Assembly: GCA_000992325.1 (NCBI GenBank)
Contig: LBTZ01000002.1
Span: 1 to 51,532, forward strand
Origin: Parcubacteria group bacterium GW2011_GWD2_38_11
Lineage (GTDB): Bacteria > Patescibacteriota > Minisyncoccia > Moranbacterales > GWC2-37-73
Direction of reading: 5' to 3'
Length of the DNA stretch: 51,532 nucleotides
Every line of letters begins with the position of its first letter. The first letter of the stretch is position 1. The position numbers and the translations under genes were made by a program. Under the pieces are notes generated by a model, which ran no database searches, was not told the origin of the DNA, and saw only the letters and a list, made by a program, of their open reading frames with translations. Positions 15,716 to 23,240 of the stretch are shown one piece after another.

Positions 15716-17173
15716 ATGTTTAAAACAAAAATTACAATTTTACTCTTACTAACTTTCTTGCTAACACCTTTTTACCACTCTCGCGCTTCCCTGTCTGACG
15801 ATGCCAATTATTATGAAAAATATCCTTTATACAGCAAATACGAAAAAAAGAAAGATTATTCAAAATACAAAAAAGCTAAGGAAAAATACGGTTTTGAAAG
15901 CAGTGAGGAAAGATTGAAATACAAGCAAGCTTACGACAATTACAGATTGTACAAGAAAAATCCAGCTGCAAATCAAAAATATGCCGGACTTCTTAAGGAA
16001 TACAAGAAATACAAAAACTACAAGGAAAAATACGTTCCTGTAAAAAAATATTCCAAATACAAAAAATACGACAAGAAGGAATATGACAACTACAAAAACT
16101 ACGGCTCGAGCGCATATAAAGATGGCTACAATCGTTACAAGGCGTTCACAACTGACATCACCAATGTCACCACCAACCGAGGACCGGAAATAAAAGTGGG
16201 ACTTTGGAGTTCAAACACCACCGATCTTGTGGCCAATCCGTTCAAGATAACAGCCAACAAAGAATTTCGAGTGACAAATTGTGCGGGAACAGTAGTGGCA
16301 CCTTCAATTGCACTTGAGCAAAATGTCAGGGTTTCATATGCAGGAGATGGAATTTTGAATGCATACAATGCCAATCCACTGATTTTAGCCAATGTTAATG
16401 TGGGAGATAAAATTTGTTTTGATGCAGTAGACGGAAACAATTCGGATATGATTTTTGATGTCAACAGACCGCTTCTTTATGATGGCGATTCAGGATCAGG
16501 ATACGATCAATATAGAGGCAAAATCAAGATTCAGCACAGCTTAGATCCTAATCTGGAAAATGATGGAAATTATAATTGCGGCTTGTATCAAGACGAAACT
16601 TTTCCAGCTTGGGATCCGGCAAATTCTTGCCGACGAGTATGGGTGATCAATGAACTACCTTTGGAATTATACCTTTGGGGTTATGGAGAGATGAGCACTG
16701 GCGGAATTGAAGAATTGGCAAAAACAATGATAGTCGCCGCTCGCTCGTATGCTCGTTGGTGGGTTGAATATGCCACCAAGTGGGATATGGCTGGTTTTGA
16801 TTTGATCGCCAGTCCTGTCAACCAAATATACAACGGATATGATTACGAACTGACGCACTCATTTATTCCGGACGCAGCGCAAAAGACCAACGGAATTATT
16901 ATGAAATATGGCAGCGACATTGTTCTGGGTGCATATTGCAGCAACACTGACGGTCGAACCAAAAGCGCACTAGAAGCTTGGGGACTATCAAACCATCCAT
17001 ATTTAAAATCAGTGGCAGATCCATACGGCGCAATCTCCAATCCTAGCGCAGGCAATCATATGGTTGGACTTTCAGCCAATGGAGCCAAAGTGCTCGCCCG
17101 TGATCACTCCTGGCAATGGAGTCGCATTCTTAGTTACTACTATTCCAGCATAGACATTATGAAAGAATACTAG
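15716..17173 (+). CDS. SpoIID/LytB-domain protein with Lys/Tyr-rich N-terminal region
   Basis: 485 aa with a signal peptide. The C-terminal half has SpoIID-like motifs (YGEMSTGGIEELAKTMIVAARSYARW, NQIYNGYDYE, AYCSNTDGRTKS, YLKSVADPY). Confidence 0.8.
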   Translation: MFKTKITILLLLTFLLTPFYHSRASLSDDANYYEKYPLYSKYEKKKDYSKYKKAKEKYGFESSEERLKYKQAYDNYRLYKKNPAANQKYAGLLKEYKKYKNYKEKYVPVKKYSKYKKYDKKEYDNYKNYGSSAYKDGYNRYKAFTTDITNVTTNRGPEIKVGLWSSNTTDLVANPFKITANKEFRVTNCAGTVVAPSIALEQNVRVSYAGDGILNAYNANPLILANVNVGDKICFDAVDGNNSDMIFDVNRPLLYDGDSGSGYDQYRGKIKIQHSLDPNLENDGNYNCGLYQDETFPAWDPANSCRRVWVINELPLELYLWGYGEMSTGGIEELAKTMIVAARSYARWWVEYATKWDMAGFDLIASPVNQIYNGYDYELTHSFIPDAAQKTNGIIMKYGSDIVLGAYCSNTDGRTKSALEAWGLSNHPYLKSVADPYGAISNPSAGNHMVGLSANGAKVLARDHSWQWSRILSYYYSSIDIMKEY

Positions 17174-17184
17174 TATTAAAAAAA

Positions 17185-17214
17185 TATCAAATTTCAAATA
17201 TCAAATTTCAAATA
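17185..17214. repeat. left inverted-repeat arm flanking the second four-helix-bundle gene
   Basis: atatcaaatttcaaatatcaaatttcaaat. It is complementary to the atttgaaat words at 17597-17650. Confidence 0.6.
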
Positions 17215-17233
17215 AAAGTCCAAAACAAAAAAA

Positions 17234-17599
17234 ATGACAAATGGAAAACCAACAAAATTTGATTTAGAGGAGCGTACGGCAATTTTTGGAGAAAAAATTA
17301 TTAAATTTTCTAAATGTATTTCCAAAAGTGAAGTAACGAAACCACTGATCAGCCAAATTGTAAGAAGCGGAACAAGTATTGGCGCAAATTATATGGAAGC
17401 TGATGGAGCGGAATCTCGAAAAGACTTTATCCACAAATTAGGCATTTGCAAAAAAGAAAGTAAGGAAACCAAGCATTGGCTTAGAATGATTGCCGTTGCA
17501 GACTCGGAAGTAAGTAACGAGTCTAGAGAATTATGGAGGGAATGCCAAGAACTTACGCTAATATTTTCAGCAATAATTACAAAGACAAAACAAAATTGA
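17234..17599 (+). CDS. four-helix-bundle protein (23S rRNA IVS protein family)
   Basis: 121 aa reading SGTSIGANYMEADGAESRKDFIHKLGICKKESKETKHWLRMI. Paralogue of 8360..8716. Confidence 0.88.
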   Translation: MTNGKPTKFDLEERTAIFGEKIIKFSKCISKSEVTKPLISQIVRSGTSIGANYMEADGAESRKDFIHKLGICKKESKETKHWLRMIAVADSEVSNESRELWRECQELTLIFSAIITKTKQN

Positions 17600-17650
17600 A
17601 ATTTAGTAATTTGAAATTTATTTGAAATTTTTAATTTTTAATTTGAAATT
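17597..17650. repeat. right inverted-repeat arm flanking the second four-helix-bundle gene
   Basis: tgaaatttagtaatttgaaatttatttgaaatttttaatttttaatttgaaatt. Confidence 0.6.
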
Positions 17651-17655
17651 ATCTA

Positions 17656-18249
17656 ATGTCTCTTCCCCCAAAAACCCCTTTTATCCTTTTTAGCTTGGCT
17701 ATCATCATCCTTTCTGTTTTGGCATTTCCTATTGTGAAATCTCGCTATTTTACTGCTGAGCAAAAAGATGAAGCCAGTGAAATTATTTCAGAAACAATGC
17801 CTCCCGAATCTCTTGATGAAACAAATCCTGCTGAATTTGAAGATGAAGCAATCAATCTTGAAGAAGAAAACGAAACTGAAGGTATTTCAGAGGATTCCGA
17901 AGATGAGGGTATCAATGAAGAAGATTTGAATGATGAAATTATCGTCGAGGACAACAGTTTTTTGGAAATTCTGTCTTCTGACTGTAAAAATGGTTGCAAA
18001 GATTTTGACAAAGACGAAGACATTCAATATTGCAAACAATATTGCGGTCTTGTCAGCACACCGAAAATTGCCAATGGTTGCGATAAATTTAAAGACTTGG
18101 AAAGAGATTATTGCTTCAAAGAAGAAGCGATCCAAAAAAGAGACGGCAAAATTTGCAATGAAATTCAGGATGATGGCATCAAAAAATCCTGCTTCAATCG
18201 CATTACCGAAGACATCCTAGACGCACCACAATCATCTAGCGTCAAATAG
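17656..18249 (+). CDS. membrane-anchored acidic protein with Cys-rich C-terminal domain
   Basis: 197 aa. N-terminal TM, a D/E-rich linker (about aa 40-95), then 10 Cys in about 90 aa in repeated C-x-spacer patterns. Confidence 0.65.
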   Translation: MSLPPKTPFILFSLAIIILSVLAFPIVKSRYFTAEQKDEASEIISETMPPESLDETNPAEFEDEAINLEEENETEGISEDSEDEGINEEDLNDEIIVEDNSFLEILSSDCKNGCKDFDKDEDIQYCKQYCGLVSTPKIANGCDKFKDLERDYCFKEEAIQKRDGKICNEIQDDGIKKSCFNRITEDILDAPQSSSVK

Positions 18250-18304
18250 ACACCACACAAAAATATCACTAGACACTGAAAACCCCCGATGCTATACTTT
18301 TCTT

Positions 18305-18487
18305 ATGAACATTTTCAAGTGCGACATCTGCAATAAAGTCATAGAGGGAAAGACTCAGAGCATCCATCTCGGAATAGGTGGATTTTTTGGAAATCGTGCT
18401 GAATTCTGCGAAAAATGCGCAGAGCCTATTTTAAATTTTTTGAAGGATAAAAAAATAATAAATAATGAAAACAAAAAAGATGAATAA
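18305..18487 (+). CDS. small zinc-ribbon-like protein
   Basis: 60 aa with two CxxC pairs (CDIC ... CEKC). Overlaps the next ORF by 23 nt. Confidence 0.5.
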   Translation: MNIFKCDICNKVIEGKTQSIHLGIGGFFGNRAEFCEKCAEPILNFLKDKKIINNENKKDE

Positions 18488-18776
18488 AAAAATAAAGGAA
18501 ACAAAAAAAGAATTAGGATTGGATGATATAGCCAGAATTGTTCAGAATGGATTTTTAAAAATAGACGAAAGATTTGATGGTATGAACAAAAGATTTGATG
18601 GTGTAGAAGAAAGATTAGATGGTGTAGAAGAAAGATTAGATGGTGTAGAAGAAAGATTAGCAAGCGTTGAAAAGAAAATTGACCGTATTGAAGGTGAAAT
18701 TATCAAGAAAGTTGACACGGTTAAATATAACACAACCAAATATCGCGTGAAAAAGCTGGAAGAGAAATTTGCATAA
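18465..18776 (+). CDS. coiled-coil protein with tandem heptad repeats
   Basis: 103 aa reading ERFDGMNKRFDGVEERLDGVEERLDGVEERLASVEKKIDRIEGE. It is encoded by three perfect 21-bp DNA repeats. Confidence 0.6.
   Translation: MKTKKMNKKIKETKKELGLDDIARIVQNGFLKIDERFDGMNKRFDGVEERLDGVEERLDGVEERLASVEKKIDRIEGEIIKKVDTVKYNTTKYRVKKLEEKFA
18597..18659 (+). repeat. perfect 21-bp tandem repeat x3 inside a CDS
   Basis: gatggtgtagaagaaagatta occurs three times, preceded by two degenerate copies from 18567. Confidence 0.95.
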
Positions 18777-18932
18777 AAATATCCACAAAAAATTAGTTAG
18801 CAAAGAAATTCAGCACGATGCTGGATTTTTTGATATCTCCCCTACATCCTTGTTTTGGCTATTTTTTAACCTTTTTTGTTGTTTTGAAATATTTATCCAA
18901 CCTAATCCGTATTTACTTGTGCATAGCCTCCA

Positions 18933-18961
18933 TTGACGCATTTTGCTCTTTGTGCTATGCT
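18933..18961 (+). promoter_or_regulatory. candidate promoter with extended -10
   Basis: TTGACG, a 17-nt spacer, then TATGCT, with TG one base upstream of the -10. Confidence 0.4.
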
Positions 18962-18967
18962 TTAGAC

Positions 18968-19056
18968 ATAACTAGGTACCCGGGACAAATCCCAGAGGGA
19001 AAGCTAGCAATAGCTACCGGAATATCTGACCGAGGCGCAAGCTTCGGTTTTGTTTT
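18968..19056 (+). ncRNA. candidate ~90-nt structured small RNA (unclassified)
   Basis: It lies between the promoter-like site at 18933-18961 and the terminator at 19030-19056. Internal hairpins are ggga-caaa-tccc and agcta-gcaa-tagct (GNRA loop). The region is unusually GC-rich for local intergenic DNA, and no credible ORF is present (track ORF 18818..19111 looks spurious). Confidence 0.3.
19030..19056 (+). terminator. intrinsic terminator with GCAA tetraloop
   Basis: ccgaggc-gcaa-gcttcgg (7 bp including one G.U) followed by ttttgtttt. Confidence 0.6.
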
Positions 19057-19116
19057 GTCTAATTTTACTTATTGCATTAAGATAACCAATTTCTTTTCAA
19101 GCATTTTATAATAATT

Positions 19117-19611
19117 TCACAATCTTTTTTCATTCTTTTCATCAAAATGTGATCTGCTAAGACCAGCGACCATATCAGCCAAACGCACACAAGCAATTTG
19201 ATCATCCTTTATCATTTTAACTTTACTAGCAGATACACCTTTATCACGCAAGATTTTCTTTATTTTCAATTCATACCATCTTGGCTTTTTACCATCAATA
19301 TATATACAAGAAATACGTTTTTCTATCGCCATATGCGAAAGAATTCTTTCCAACTCTTTTGCTGGATTCACTGGATTTTTGATTATGGCAATTTTAACTT
19401 TGAAATTTAACTTCAAAGCTTTTTGAATAAATTTTTCTTTGAATTTCCAGGCAACTTCAGACCAGTGAAATTTTTCTATTTTAAGCTCCTTTTCAATTTC
19501 ACAAATTCTCTTTTCAATTGCGTTAAAATCTTTAACTTCAATATACACTAAGGTAAATGAGGAATGATCAACTTTTTTATGTATTCCAGATTCATCAATA
19601 AAAATATGCAT
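19117..19611 (-). CDS. DUF3800-like protein
   Basis: 164 aa. The N-terminal MHIFIDESG and C-terminal ACVRLADMVAG resemble the DUF3800 signature as I recall it. Confidence 0.65.
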   Translation of the reverse strand: MHIFIDESGIHKKVDHSSFTLVYIEVKDFNAIEKRICEIEKELKIEKFHWSEVAWKFKEKFIQKALKLNFKVKIAIIKNPVNPAKELERILSHMAIEKRISCIYIDGKKPRWYELKIKKILRDKGVSASKVKMIKDDQIACVRLADMVAGLSRSHFDEKNEKRL

Positions 19612-19818
19612 TTGTTTTTTGTTTTTATTGTTTATAATGATATTATATCACTTATTTATTTTGACTGCAAGAACAGGGTTAATATTAATCAGTCAATACT
19701 AACCCTAATTAATATTTTTACTTATTCCAGCCATATATAACTGGGTTTTTGACGTTGTTTAATCCCCTACATCCATATATTAATTACAGGCGGATTTAAA
19801 GAATAATCCTCCACCACT

Positions 19819-19917
19819 TTATAAACTTTAGAAACCTTATGAACTTTATGAACTATTTTTATAAACCTTAAAAACTTTATGAACATTATGAACTATTTTT
19901 TATAAGCCTTAAAAACC
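19819..19917 (+). repeat. ~41-bp AT-rich tandem repeat, 2.4 copies
   Basis: ttataaactttagaaaccttatgaactttatgaactattttt / ataaaccttaaaaactttatgaacattatgaactatttttt / ataagccttaaaaacc. Confidence 0.85.
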
Positions 19918-19922
19918 ATTAG

Positions 19923-19950
19923 TTGCCTTTTCTCCCCCTTTTGATATAAT
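19923..19950 (+). promoter_or_regulatory. candidate promoter with extended -10, facing the repeat-rich leader of the GT2 fragment
   Basis: TTGCCT, a 16-nt spacer, then TGaTATAAT. Confidence 0.35.
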
Positions 19951-20006
19951 AAAATAGCTTTAATAAAAGCGTTTATGCGCTTTTTTACATACAGCCACCC
20001 CTATTA

Positions 20007-20110
20007 TGTCATTCCCGTGAAAACGGGAATCCAGGCCCGCATTTTATTCTGTCATTCCGGACTTGCCGTGCCCGCCCCTGGAGGGATCCGGAATCCAGAC
20101 CCGCATTTTA
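20007..20110 (+). repeat. two tandem GC-rich palindromic mini-elements (tgtcattcc...ggaatccag.cccgcatttta)
   Basis: 20007-20046 reads tgtcattcccgtgaaaacgggaatccaggcccgcatttta. 20050-20110 reads tgtcattccggacttgccgtgcccgcccctggagggatccggaatccagacccgcatttta. Confidence 0.85.
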
Positions 20111-20190
20111 ACTTTACAAACCTTATAACTTTATAAACTTTCTGCATTCTTACTTTACAAACCTTAGAAACTTTATGAACTTTACGAACC
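20111..20190 (+). repeat. AT-rich repeat related to 19819-19917
   Basis: actttacaaaccttataactttataaacttt ... tactttacaaaccttagaaactttatgaactttacgaacc. It overlaps the start of the truncated GT2. Confidence 0.7.
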
Positions 20191-20501
20191 CAAAAACATT
20201 CATCGTCATCCCCGCTTTCAATGAAGAAACGGTTATTCAGGACGTCATCCGAGAAGTTCAGGGTGCTGGATATGAAAATATTATTGTTGTTGATGATGGA
20301 AGCTCCGACAACACTCAAGCAAAAGCCAAGGAGCTGATTGGAAAATTAGCTTTGAGACACAAAATCAATCGCGGCAAAGGCGGAGCAACCAAAACTGGCA
20401 TCGAAGCCGCCAAACTATTGGGCGCCGAAATAATAGTGACGATTGACGGCGGTCAGCATGATCCAAAAGACATTTTGGATGCACCAAGAACAGTAGAATG
20501 A
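20175..20501 (+). pseudogene. truncated GT2 glycosyltransferase (N-terminal fragment only)
   Basis: 108 aa. FIVIPAFNEE, VVDDGSSDNT and TIDGGQHDP are the first half of a GT2/GtrB-type domain. The frame then stops and a strong terminator follows. The start codon lies inside a repeat. Confidence 0.6.
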
Positions 20502-20523
20502 AAAAGCTTAAAACATTATAAAA

Positions 20524-20553
20524 ACACCCCAGCTATTATGATAGCTGGGGTGT
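20524..20553. terminator. bidirectional terminator between the GT2 fragment and the second dehydrogenase
   Basis: A 13-bp perfect stem, acaccccagctat / atagctggggtgt, with A-rich sequence before it and T-rich sequence after it. Confidence 0.75.
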
Positions 20554-20579
20554 TGTGTTTTTATGCAAGAACAATGTTT

Positions 20580-21872
20580 TTACGGTCTTCCAATACTGGA
20601 ATATTTAAAACCCAGCTGTTTCATTTCTGAAGGATTGAAAATATTTCGACCGTCAACAATCTTAGGCGTTTCCATGAGTGACTTCACTTTTTTCAGATCT
20701 GCACTTTTAAAACATTCCCATTCAGTGACAATCAAGAGAATTTCTGCTCCATGCACCGCTTCATACATATCATCACAATGAGTAATCTTTCCAGAAAATT
20801 CCCTGCGAACATTTGCCACAGGATCAAACACACGAACAATTGCCCCATCTTCCAGCAACTCCTTTATGATTTTGATTGAAGGCGCTTCACGCACATCATC
20901 AGTTTCGGGCTTAAAAGCGACACCCCAGATAGCGATTACTCGTTTTTTCAGGGTCATGATTGCCATTTCTTCAACCTTGCGCATGAAATAACAAATTTGA
21001 GATTCATTAACATCAACCACGGTCTGAAAAATTGCATGGTCGATGCGATGATGTTTGGCAATGGCAATGAGATTTTTAGTGTCCTTGGGAAAACAAGAAC
21101 CTCCATAGCCAACGCCGGATTGCAAAAAATATGGACCAATTCTTTTGTCGAGTCCTACACCTTGCATCACGTTTTCAATGTTGGCGCCAGATGCTTCGCA
21201 AATTTGAGCCAAAGCATTGGCCGAAGAAATACGTTGCGCCAACATGAAGTTAGCAGTGAGTTTGATCATCTCCGCACTGCAAGTGTCAGTCACCACCTTG
21301 GGACATTCGATCTTTTCATACAATTGCCGGAGACAACCTGTTGCAATAATGTCACCACCCATAATAATACGGTCAGGCTGCATAAAGTCAGCAACCGCAT
21401 TTCCTTCCCTGAGGGTTTCAGGATTAGATCCGACATGAAATGACGTGACACTATTATGCGAAACAAGAGACTCGGAAATCTGCTGCGCAGTTCCAATGGG
21501 AACTGTCGATTTGCCGATGACAACCAACATGTTTTTTGTCGTGTGCAGCGCAATCTGCTTGGCAGTCTGTGCCACATAAAACAAATCCGCTCTGCCGTCG
21601 CGCTCTCGTTCAGGAGTGCCAACAGCGATCATGGCAACGTCATATTCATTGATTTCCGAACCAATATCAACTTTAAATGACAGCCTGCCTTCTTCAAGAT
21701 TCTTTTTCAACAGTTCCGTGAGTCCTGGTTCATAAATCGGACATCCTCCATTTTGAAGCGTTTCAATTTTTTCAGGGTCAATATCAACCCCGCAGACTAA
21801 ATGCCCAAGATCAGCCAAACAAACCGCTGTGACAAGCCCAACATACCCAGTTCCCACAATGTACACTTTCAT
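20580..21872 (-). CDS. UDP-glucose/GDP-mannose dehydrogenase family protein (second copy)
   Basis: 430 aa with MKVYIVGTGYVGLVTA and GGSCFPKD. Strong SD (aaggaggaagcgaATG). Confidence 0.88.
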   Translation of the reverse strand: MKVYIVGTGYVGLVTAVCLADLGHLVCGVDIDPEKIETLQNGGCPIYEPGLTELLKKNLEEGRLSFKVDIGSEINEYDVAMIAVGTPERERDGRADLFYVAQTAKQIALHTTKNMLVVIGKSTVPIGTAQQISESLVSHNSVTSFHVGSNPETLREGNAVADFMQPDRIIMGGDIIATGCLRQLYEKIECPKVVTDTCSAEMIKLTANFMLAQRISSANALAQICEASGANIENVMQGVGLDKRIGPYFLQSGVGYGGSCFPKDTKNLIAIAKHHRIDHAIFQTVVDVNESQICYFMRKVEEMAIMTLKKRVIAIWGVAFKPETDDVREAPSIKIIKELLEDGAIVRVFDPVANVRREFSGKITHCDDMYEAVHGAEILLIVTEWECFKSADLKKVKSLMETPKIVDGRNIFNPSEMKQLGFKYSSIGRP

Positions 21873-22050
21873 TCGCTTCCTCCTTGGATTTTGTGATACA
21901 TAGCTTTACAAAGAACTACAAAACAAACCTGCCTTATTTTAACTCCTTTTGAGCATTAGTCAACAAGCATATTTACACACACCCCTATTTTTATAATAAA
22001 GTTGTTTTTTATGATACAATAGGTAAATAAAAATTTATTAAAGAATATTT

Positions 22051-22986
22051 ATGAAAATTCTTGTAACTGGTGGTGCTGGGTTTATTGGTTCACATTTATG
22101 CAAAAAGCTTCTAGCAGCTGGCAATGAAGTTCTTTGTGTTGATAATTTCTTCACTGGGAGCAAAAAAAACATTTTGGATTTGTTGAAAAATCCAAAATTT
22201 GAATTACTTCGTCATGATGTAACATTTCCTTTATACGTCGAAATTGACCAAATTTATAATCTCGCCTGTCCAGCTTCGCCAGTACATTATCAATTCGATC
22301 CAGTGCAGACAACCAAAACATCGGTTCATGGTGCAATCAACATGCTTGGACTTGCCAAAAGAACGCGCGCAAAAATTCTGCAAGCTTCAACTTCAGAGGT
22401 TTATGGCGATCCAGATGTTCATCCGCAACCAGAATCATATTGGGGCAAAGTCAACCCGATTGGCATTCGATCTTGTTACGACGAAGGAAAACGCTGCGCA
22501 GAAACACTCTTTTTTGATTATTACAGGCAGCACAACACAAAAATACGAGTGATTCGCATTTTCAATACATATGGACCAAACATGAATCCTCACGATGGCC
22601 GCGTTGTTTCAAATTTCATCGTGCAAGCACTCAAGAACAAGGACATCACCATATATGGAGATGGCTCACAAACTCGAAGTTTTCAATATGTGGATGATCT
22701 CATTTCCGGGATGATAAAAATGATGAACAATAAAAAAGATTTTGTTGGACCTGTTAATATCGGAAATCCCATAGAATTCACAATCAAAGAGCTTGCTGAA
22801 AAAATAATCTCAATGATTCCAGAGAGTACCAGCAAGATTATTTTTGAAGATCTTCCCCAAGATGATCCGAGACAAAGAAAGCCGGACATCACTCTTGCCA
22901 AAAAAGAATTGAATTGGGAGCCAACTGTGCAACTGGAAGCTGGCCTCACCAAGACAATTGAATATTTCAAAAGCATCATCAAATAA
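22051..22986 (+). CDS. uxs: UDP-glucuronate decarboxylase (UDP-xylose synthase)
   Basis: 311 aa with [32 protein letters not shown] and DGSQTRSF. It is a typical UXS-type short-chain dehydrogenase. Confidence 0.9.
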   Translation: MKILVTGGAGFIGSHLCKKLLAAGNEVLCVDNFFTGSKKNILDLLKNPKFELLRHDVTFPLYVEIDQIYNLACPASPVHYQFDPVQTTKTSVHGAINMLGLAKRTRAKILQASTSEVYGDPDVHPQPESYWGKVNPIGIRSCYDEGKRCAETLFFDYYRQHNTKIRVIRIFNTYGPNMNPHDGRVVSNFIVQALKNKDITIYGDGSQTRSFQYVDDLISGMIKMMNNKKDFVGPVNIGNPIEFTIKELAEKIISMIPESTSKIIFEDLPQDDPRQRKPDITLAKKELNWEPTVQLEAGLTKTIEYFKSIIK

Positions 22987-23020
22987 CAATACTACATCAC
23001 AAAAACAATTTTAAAAAAAA

Positions 23021-23046
23021 CTCAGGCCAAAACGCCTGAGTTTTTT
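23021..23046 (+). terminator. intrinsic terminator after uxs
   Basis: ctcaggc-caaaac-gcctgag followed by tttttt. Confidence 0.8.
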
Positions 23047-23082
23047 GTGCTAATATCGGAATAAACTTAATCGCTTGCACTT

Positions 23083-23173
23083 TGTCATTCCCGCGGAGGC
23101 GGGTCTCGATGCCCCTTGAGGGTAAGTCCAGGTTCTAATGCGGGCCTAGATTCCCTTTTTCAAGGGAATGACA
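23083..23173. repeat. two GC-rich mini-elements in head-to-head (inverted) orientation
   Basis: It begins tgtcattcccgcggaggcggg and ends taatgcgggcctagattccctttttcaagggaatgaca. The end is the reverse complement of a 20007-type unit. Confidence 0.8.
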
Positions 23174-23240
23174 TACCACGAATTCAGTTGATTCGGTATA
23201 GCCACCATCATACTTTTCGCTAAAGTATGCTTCATTTTAA

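Noticed and set aside
18818-19111. A 97-aa plus-strand ORF spanning the sRNA candidate
   Set aside because: There is no SD and the sequence is hydrophobic and junk-like. It runs through a promoter-like site and a terminator hairpin, so a non-coding interpretation is preferred.
18838-19774. A 12-bp perfect direct repeat tcccctacatcc (18838-18849 and 19763-19774) flanking the sRNA candidate and the DUF3800 gene, as a possible target-site duplication
   Set aside because: A back-of-envelope estimate gives an order-one expectation of some exact 12-mer pair within 1 kb somewhere in a 51-kb window. There is no integrase or transposase and no terminal inverted repeats, so the evidence is insufficient.
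19963-19988. Hairpin aaaagcg-tttatg-cgctttt followed by a T-run just 13 nt downstream of the 19923-19950 promoter, as a possible tiny transcript or attenuator
   Set aside because: The stem is AU-rich and only 7 bp. The implied RNA would be about 35 nt. The repeats in the same region make chance structure likely, so it is not reported as a feature.
20052-20318. Track ORFs 20052..20318(-), 10140..10352(-) and 27548..27988(-)
   Set aside because: They are open largely because they traverse GC-rich palindromic repeats (peptides such as GSGFRIPPGAGTASPE and PACNAVALRAGP) or lie antisense to or overlap a much longer well-supported gene. They are treated as translation artefacts.
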